Shown: piece by piece, positions 4,895-10,211 of the stretch
Numbering within the stretch: position 1 is the stretch's first letter
Layout: each line of letters starts with the position of its first letter
Virus record (IMG/VR): IMGVR_UViG_3300029736_000350
Reading direction: 5' to 3' (one strand)
DNA: 10,211 nt
Source: a virus
Taxonomy: Duplodnaviria > Heunggongvirae > Uroviricota > Caudoviricetes
Position numbers and translations under genes: made by a program
Notes under the pieces: model-generated
The model's database searches: none
What the model was told of the DNA's origin: nothing
Seen by the model: only the letters and a program-made list of their open reading frames with translations

Positions 4895-7366
4895 ATGAGT
4901 AAAGTCTTTATTTGCGCCGCTATTCCTGACGAACTGGCAACAAGGGAAGAAGGCGCTGTGGCTGTAGCCACAGCCATTGAAGCTGGCGACGAACGCCGTG
5001 CTCGAGCAAAATTTCACTGGCAGTTCCTGGAACATTATCCGGCTGCTCAGGACTGCGCTTATAAATTTATTGTCTGCGAGGATAAACCTGGCATACCCCG
5101 CCCTGCCCTCGATTCATGGGATGCTGAATATATGCAGGAAAACCGCTGGGATGAGGAGTCTGCTTCTTTTGTCCCGGTTGAGACTGAATCCGATCCGATG
5201 AACGTCACTTTTGACAAGCTGGCCCCTGAAGTACAGAACGCTGTCATGGTTAAGTTCGACACATGTGAAAACATCACCGTTGATATGGTTATTAGCGCAC
5301 AGGAATTGTTGCAGGAAGACATGGCAACATTCGACGGACATATCGTTGAAGCGTTGATGAAAATGCCAGAAGTTAACGCCATGTATCCGGAGCTTAAGTT
5401 GCACGCCATTGGGTGGGTTAAGCATAAATGTATTCCTGGTGCTAAATGGCCCGAAATTCAGGCAGAGATGCGCATCTGGAAAAAACGTCGCGAAGGTGAA
5501 CGCAAGGAAACCGGAAAATACACGTCTGTTGTTGATCTCGCCCGCGCCAGAGCCAATCAACAGTACACTGAAAATTCAACAGGAAAAATCAGCCCGGTCA
5601 TTGCTGCCATTCATCGCGAATACAAGCAGACATGGAAAACACTGGATGACGAACTGGCCTACGCTCTCTGGCCTGGTGATGTGGATGCCGGAAACATTGA
5701 CGGCAGCATCCATCGCTGGGCAAAAAAAGAAGTTATCGACAACGACCGCGAAGACTGGAAGCGTATCTCGGCATCAATGCGCAAACAGCCTGATGCCCTT
5801 CGCTACGACCGCCAAACTATTTTTGGCCTTGTCCGTGAGCGTCCGATCGACATTCACAAAGATCCCGTAGCACTGAACAAATATATCTGCGAATACCTGA
5901 CGACAAAGGGCGTGTTTGAGAATGAAGAAACAGACCTGGGCACTGTTGATGTTCTCCAGTCATCAGAAACACAAACTGATGCAGTGGAAACTGAGGTATC
6001 TGATATCCCAAAAAATGAAACCGCGCCGGAAGCTGAACCATCTGTAGAGCGTGAGGGGCCGTTCTATTTCCTCTTCGCAGATAAGGACGGAGAAAAATAC
6101 GGTCGCGCAAACAAACTTTCTGGTCTGGATAAGGCACTGGCTGCTGGCGCCACTGAAATCACAAAAGAAGAATATTTTGCCCGAAAAAATGGCACATACA
6201 CGGGCTTACCGCAAAATGTAGATACCGCTGAAGATTCAGAACAACCAGAGCCGATAAAAGTTACCGCTGACGAAGTAAACAAAATTATGCAGGCAGCCAA
6301 TATCAGCCAGCCTGACGCCGATAAGTTGCTTGCTGCATCACATGGTGAATTTGTTGAAGGGATTAGTGACCCGAATGATCCGAAATGGGTTAAGGGGATC
6401 CAGACCCGCGATTCTGTGAACCAGAACCAGCATGAATCGGAACGGAACTACCAAAAAGCGGAACAAAACAGCCCAAATGCGTTACAAAACGAGCCAGAAA
6501 CGAAACAGCCTGAACCAGTGGCGCAACAGGAAGTGGAAAAAGTCTGCACCGCCTGCGGTCAGACCGGCGGCGGCAACTGCCCTGATTGTGGCGCGGTGAT
6601 GGGCGACGCAACATACCAAAAAACATTCGATGAAGAGTATCAGGTTGAAGTTCAGGAAGATGATCCGGAGGAAATGGAAGGCGCTGAACATCCACACAAG
6701 GAGAACACTGGCGGCAATCAGCATCACAATAGCGATAATGAAACTGGCGAGACGGCAGATCACTCAATTAAGGTGAACAGTCATCACGAAATCACATCCA
6801 CCAGCAGGACGTGTGACCATCTAATGATCGACCTTGAAACCATGGGAAAAAATCCTGATGCACCGATCATCTCAATAGGTGCAATATTTTTCGATCCGCA
6901 AACCGGAGATATAGGACCGGAATTTAGTAAGACTATCGATCTGGAAACTGCTGGCGGAGTCATTGATCGGGACACCATTAAATGGTGGCTTAAGCAATCA
7001 CGCGAAGCACAATCTGCCATTATGACCGATGAAATCCCGCTAGATGATGCACTGTTACAATTGCGGGAATTTATCGACGAAAACTCCGGTGAATTTTTTG
7101 TTCAGGTTTGGGGAAATGGAGCCAACTTCGACAACACGATTTTGCGCCGTTCATACGAACGGCAGGGGATCCCCTGCCCGTGGCGTTACTACAACGATCG
7201 CGATGTACGCACAATCGTTGAGCTGGGGAAAGCCATAGATTTCGATGCCAGAACGGCTATTCCATTCGAAGGTGAGCGCCATAATGCACTTGATGACGCC
7301 CGTTACCAAGCAAAATACGTTTCAGTTATCTGGCAAAAACTGATCCCGAGTCAGGCTGATTCTTAA
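4895..7366 (+). CDS. Large YdfE-like early protein: N-terminal domain of unknown function, Cys4 zinc ribbon, C-terminal DEDDh (DnaQ-like) 3'-5' exonuclease domain
   Basis: 823-aa ORF; ATG at 4895 with GAGG about 10 nt upstream. C-terminal motifs: Exo I MIDLETMG (D646, E648; nt 6830..6838), Exo II WGNGANFD (nt 7109..7132), Exo III HNALDDA (nt 7280..7300). C-x2-C-x7-C-x2-C at aa 551..565 (nt 6545..6589). Acidic low-complexity linkers around aa 335..380 and 575..630. Occupies the recE-like position upstream of xis-int. Confidence 0.85.
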   Translation: MSKVFICAAIPDELATREEGAVAVATAIEAGDERRARAKFHWQFLEHYPAAQDCAYKFIVCEDKPGIPRPALDSWDAEYMQENRWDEESASFVPVETESDPMNVTFDKLAPEVQNAVMVKFDTCENITVDMVISAQELLQEDMATFDGHIVEALMKMPEVNAMYPELKLHAIGWVKHKCIPGAKWPEIQAEMRIWKKRREGERKETGKYTSVVDLARARANQQYTENSTGKISPVIAAIHREYKQTWKTLDDELAYALWPGDVDAGNIDGSIHRWAKKEVIDNDREDWKRISASMRKQPDALRYDRQTIFGLVRERPIDIHKDPVALNKYICEYLTTKGVFENEETDLGTVDVLQSSETQTDAVETEVSDIPKNETAPEAEPSVEREGPFYFLFADKDGEKYGRANKLSGLDKALAAGATEITKEEYFARKNGTYTGLPQNVDTAEDSEQPEPIKVTADEVNKIMQAANISQPDADKLLAASHGEFVEGISDPNDPKWVKGIQTRDSVNQNQHESERNYQKAEQNSPNALQNEPETKQPEPVAQQEVEKVCTACGQTGGGNCPDCGAVMGDATYQKTFDEEYQVEVQEDDPEEMEGAEHPHKENTGGNQHHNSDNETGETADHSIKVNSHHEITSTSRTCDHLMIDLETMGKNPDAPIISIGAIFFDPQTGDIGPEFSKTIDLETAGGVIDRDTIKWWLKQSREAQSAIMTDEIPLDDALLQLREFIDENSGEFFVQVWGNGANFDNTILRRSYERQGIPCPWRYYNDRDVRTIVELGKAIDFDARTAIPFEGERHNALDDARYQAKYVSVIWQKLIPSQADS

Positions 7367-7438
7367 TGTTCAACTGTCGCCGGTTGTGACTGGTATTCTG
7401 CAACCGGCGCTCGTCTGATGTAAGAGATAAAGAAATCG

Positions 7439-7690
7439 ATGAGCGAAGTAATCATGATTGTCTCTCCCGGCAAATGGGTATCCGAAGAGCAGTTAATTGC
7501 GCTGAAAGGAATAAAAAAAGGTACGTTAAAAAAGGCCCGGTAAAAATCGTTTATGGAAGGAAGGGAATATAAGCATGTCGCTCATGACGGTATGCCATGG
7601 GATAACAGTCCATGCTTTTACAACCTGGAAGAAATTGATCGCTGGATTGAGCGCCAGGCATCAGCGAGACCAAGACGTCATCTTACTTGA
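7439..7690 (+). pseudogene. Excisionase (Xis)-like gene interrupted by a +1 frameshift
   Basis: Frame A: ATG at 7439 gives MSEVIMIVSPGKWVSEEQLIALKGIKKGTLKKAR, stop at 7541. Frame B from 7545 gives KSFMEGREYKHVAHDGMPWDNSPCFYNLEEIDRWIERQASARPRRHLT, stop at 7688..7690. Joined, this is an ~80-aa protein with the GREY motif of lambda-type Xis. The shift must lie in 7515..7540, which contains A-runs. Confidence 0.55.
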
Positions 7691-7724
7691 CTAAAAGCCA
7701 CACTAACTAATGAGAGAAGTTGAA

Positions 7725-9004
7725 ATGAAATATCCGACAGGCGTGGAAAACCATGGAGGGAAATTACGTATCTGGTTTGTTTATAAAGGCGTAAGAGTCA
7801 GGGAAAATCTGGGGGTTCCTGACACAGCAAAAAACAGGCGCGTTGCAGGTGAACTACGCGCCTCTGTTTGTTACGCAATAAAAACTGGTGTTTTCGACTA
7901 TGCAAAACAGTTTCCCTCCTCACGCAATCTGGAAAAATTTGGTGAGGCCCGACAAGATTTAACCATAAAAGAACTGGCTGAAAAATTTCTGGCACTAAAA
8001 GAAACTGAAGTCGCCAAAACATCACTCAACACATACCGTGCCGTCATCAAAAATATCCTGAGCATAATCGGTGAAAAAAATCTTGCCTCATCGATTAATA
8101 AAGAAAAATTACTGGAGGTTCGTAAAGAGCTACTGACTGGATACCAGATCCCCAAAAGTAACTATATTGTTACACAACCAGGGAGATCGGCTGTAACTGT
8201 AAATAATTACATGACAAATCTTAACGCCGTGTTCCAGTTTGGTGTTGATAACGGTTACCTGGCAGATAATCCGTTTAAGGGGATCTCGCCATTAAAGGAA
8301 TCAAGAACCATTCCGGATCCTCTTTCGCGGGAGGAATTTATCCGTCTTATCGATGCGTGCAGAAATCAGCAAGCAAAAAATTTATGGTGTGTTTCTGTTT
8401 ATACTGGCATTCGCCCTGGTGAGCTGTGTGCACTTGGATGGGAGGACATAGATCTGAAAAATGGAACAATGATGATCAGGAGAAATTTAGCAAAAGACCG
8501 TTTCACGGTACCAAAAACACAGGCGGGAACCAATCGGGTCATTCATCTTATTAAGCCAGCAATCGACGCTCTCCGGAGTCAGATGACATTAACGAGACTG
8601 AGCAAAGAGCATATCATTGATGTTCACCTCAGAGAGTATGGCAGAACAGAAAAACAAAATGCACCTTTGTTTTTCAACCTGAAGTGTCAGCGAGAGTAAA
8701 AAATTATGGTGACCATTTTACCGTTGACTCAATAAGGCAGATGTGGGACGCAGCGATAAAACGTGCCGGACTCCGCCATCGAAAATCATATCAGTCGAGA
8801 CATACTTATGCCTGCTGGTCGCTGACAGCTGGTGCTAACCCGGCATTTATAGCAAACCAGATGGGCCATGCAGATGCGCAAATGGTATTTCAGGTATACG
8901 GAAAATGGATGTCTGAAAACAATAATGCACAGGTAGCTTTGTTAAATACACAGTTAAGCGAGTTTGCCCCAACCATGCCCCATAACGAAGCAATGAAAAA
9001 TTAA
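7725..9004 (+). pseudogene. intQ: Tyrosine recombinase (phage integrase) split by a frameshift
   Basis: Track ORFs 7710..8699 and 8684..9004 (second starts at GTG). Likely start ATG at 7725 (MKYPTGVENHGGKLRIWF, arm-binding N-terminus) with GAGAG upstream. First frame carries the box I Arg (YTGIRPGEL); second frame carries H-x-x-R (LRHRKSYQSRHTY), a His (MGH) and the catalytic Tyr (QVYGKW). Both frames open across 8621..8696. Position next to rspB matches intQ of K-12, itself annotated as defective. Confidence 0.8.
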
Positions 9005-9191
9005 TTTAATATTTATCAAATAGTTAACACTAATGACTCTTGAAATCCATAAATTCAAGCGCAGTGCCCAGCCATCCCGATACTGCTGCTTTCACCAAAT
9101 CCTTAGTGCTTCTTTCGTGTTTTTCTATTGTCATAATGGTTATCTCTAAAAAAGAGGTAAGATGCGTACTACTTACTCGCCGTTATTGGTA

Positions 9192-10211
9192 TTATTCAGA
9201 AAAAGTGAGTAAGACTTTGCAGCAATGTTTTTGATCCTGTTCAAATAAACTAATGGCATCAGCAACATGCTGGAAATCAAACGTATGGGTAATTAATTTT
9301 TCTGGTTTAATTAACCCTTTACTTAACCAGTCGATAACGACCGGGAATTTATTTGCATTTAAGCGTGAAGAGAAAATAGAGAGTTCTTTTCCGGTAATTC
9401 CTTGCTGAATCACTTCAGACGGTTCACTGGAGAAACCCATCAATACAATACGTGCCGCTGGAGAAGCCAGCGTTACGGCCTCTTTCAGGATAGAAGGATG
9501 ACAAGCCGCATCAATAATTAATGTCGGCTTGATGCCTTTTTCAGTGAAAATCTCGCCAAGCGGTGTCTGGCTGTTATTAATCGCCCAGTCAGCCCCGCTC
9601 TCTTTCGCTTTTTCCAGTCGTTCATCAATGCGATCGGCAACAATCACATTTTTAACGTTATAGACGCCTTTTAATACCTGAACGATCGTCAGGCCGATTG
9701 GACCGGCACCATAAACCAGAACGGTATCATTTTCAGTCGGTTGACCATGTCCGGTTACGTTAGCCGCAATGGTAAAAGGTTCGATCATTACCGCATATTG
9801 ATCGGCCACTGCTTCAGGAATTTTCCACGCATTTTTTGCCGGAACCACGGCATATTCACTGAAACCACCGTCAGCGTGCACACCTAATACAGCCAGTGTC
9901 GTACAAACGTTCGGTTTACCTATAGAGCACGGATAGCAATGCCCACAGCTGACCACCGGATCGACAGCAACACGTTCACCGACTCTGGCGCTTTCCACGC
10001 CTTCACCCACTGCATCAATGACGCCAAAGAATTCATGACCAATGACGCGCGGATATTTCGCAAAAGGATTATGCCCACGATAAATATGGCTATCTGAACC
10101 ACAAATTCCGGCAAGTTTCACTTTTACTCGTACTTCACCCGCTGACGGGGTGGGTATTTCACGTTCGACAATCGCCAGTTGATTCGGTTTTTCAATTAAT
10201 ATGCTTTTCAT
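9192..10211 (-). CDS. rspB: Zn-dependent alcohol dehydrogenase-family oxidoreductase, starvation-sensing protein RspB
   Basis: 339-aa ORF whose ATG is the last 3 nt of the window. MDR motifs: GICGSDSH (catalytic Zn), structural-Zn cysteines CGHCYPCSIGKPNVC, Rossmann GAGPIGL. Sequence and its adjacency to the prophage integrase match E. coli rspB as recalled. Confidence 0.85.
   Translation of the reverse strand: MKSILIEKPNQLAIVEREIPTPSAGEVRVKVKLAGICGSDSHIYRGHNPFAKYPRVIGHEFFGVIDAVGEGVESARVGERVAVDPVVSCGHCYPCSIGKPNVCTTLAVLGVHADGGFSEYAVVPAKNAWKIPEAVADQYAVMIEPFTIAANVTGHGQPTENDTVLVYGAGPIGLTIVQVLKGVYNVKNVIVADRIDERLEKAKESGADWAINNSQTPLGEIFTEKGIKPTLIIDAACHPSILKEAVTLASPAARIVLMGFSSEPSEVIQQGITGKELSIFSSRLNANKFPVVIDWLSKGLIKPEKLITHTFDFQHVADAISLFEQDQKHCCKVLLTFSE

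Larger units (their letters stand above)
1023..9100. mobile_element. Defective lambdoid (Qin-like) cryptic prophage remnant
   Basis: Lambda-like gene order with divergent immunity genes, a Cro-to-Q operon on the minus strand and a repressor-to-xis-int operon on the plus strand; replication, lysis and structural genes are absent; int, xis and the ydfU-like gene are frameshifted. Right boundary (att) lies somewhere in 9005..9191; left boundary not determinable from this window. Confidence 0.7.

Noticed and set aside
4977-7238. Multiple short track ORFs nested within or antisense to the 823-aa gene (for example 5114..5560 -, 5409..5870 +, 6390..6767 -, 6784..7020 -)
   Set aside because: All fall inside one long ORF with coherent domain structure; their translations are low-complexity or Cys/Arg-rich with no start signals.
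7798-8155. Minus-strand ORFs 7798..8025 and 7898..8155
   Set aside because: Antisense to the integrase N-terminal domain; no RBS or recognisable features.
9040-9234. Plus-strand ORF 9040..9234 (64 aa) in the int-rspB spacer
   Set aside because: AT-rich intergenic sequence, hydrophobic low-complexity translation, no RBS, and overlaps the rspB 3' end; more likely the att/junction region than a gene.
9920-10114. Minus-strand ORF 9920..10114 inside rspB
   Set aside because: Alternative frame within the well-supported rspB coding sequence.
1-10211. Insertion sequence, CRISPR array, tRNA or rRNA
   Set aside because: No transposase ORF, terminal inverted repeats, regularly spaced direct repeats or tRNA-like structure were seen; the IS2 found at this locus in K-12 (between ydfE and intQ) is absent here.

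Overview
The window reads as the integrase-proximal half of a defective lambdoid (Qin-like) cryptic prophage from an E. coli-type genome, ending at the chromosomal gene rspB (9192..10211, minus). Minus-strand early-right-like operon: Cro/DicC-like gene (2415..2567), a frameshifted DUF968/YdfU-like gene (1418..2348), a QuuD-type Q antiterminator (1023..1400) and a tR'-like terminator (896..922). Plus-strand early-left-like operon: dicA-like repressor (2648..3055), ydfA, a ydfB/C-like ORF, DicF sRNA (about 4198..4255), dicB, ydfD, an intact 823-aa YdfE-like protein with a C-terminal DEDDh exonuclease domain, then frameshifted excisionase and integrase. Two perfect TGTTAGA-N4-TCTAACA palindromes mark the likely DicA operators. 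Left of Q the phage late region is absent; instead there is a divergent, AT-richer Blc-family lipocalin lipoprotein gene (343..867) and a 49-codon DUF523-like fragment (1..150). No tRNA, rRNA, CRISPR array or IS element was seen. All identifications rest on reading the translations and recalled family knowledge; no database search was run.
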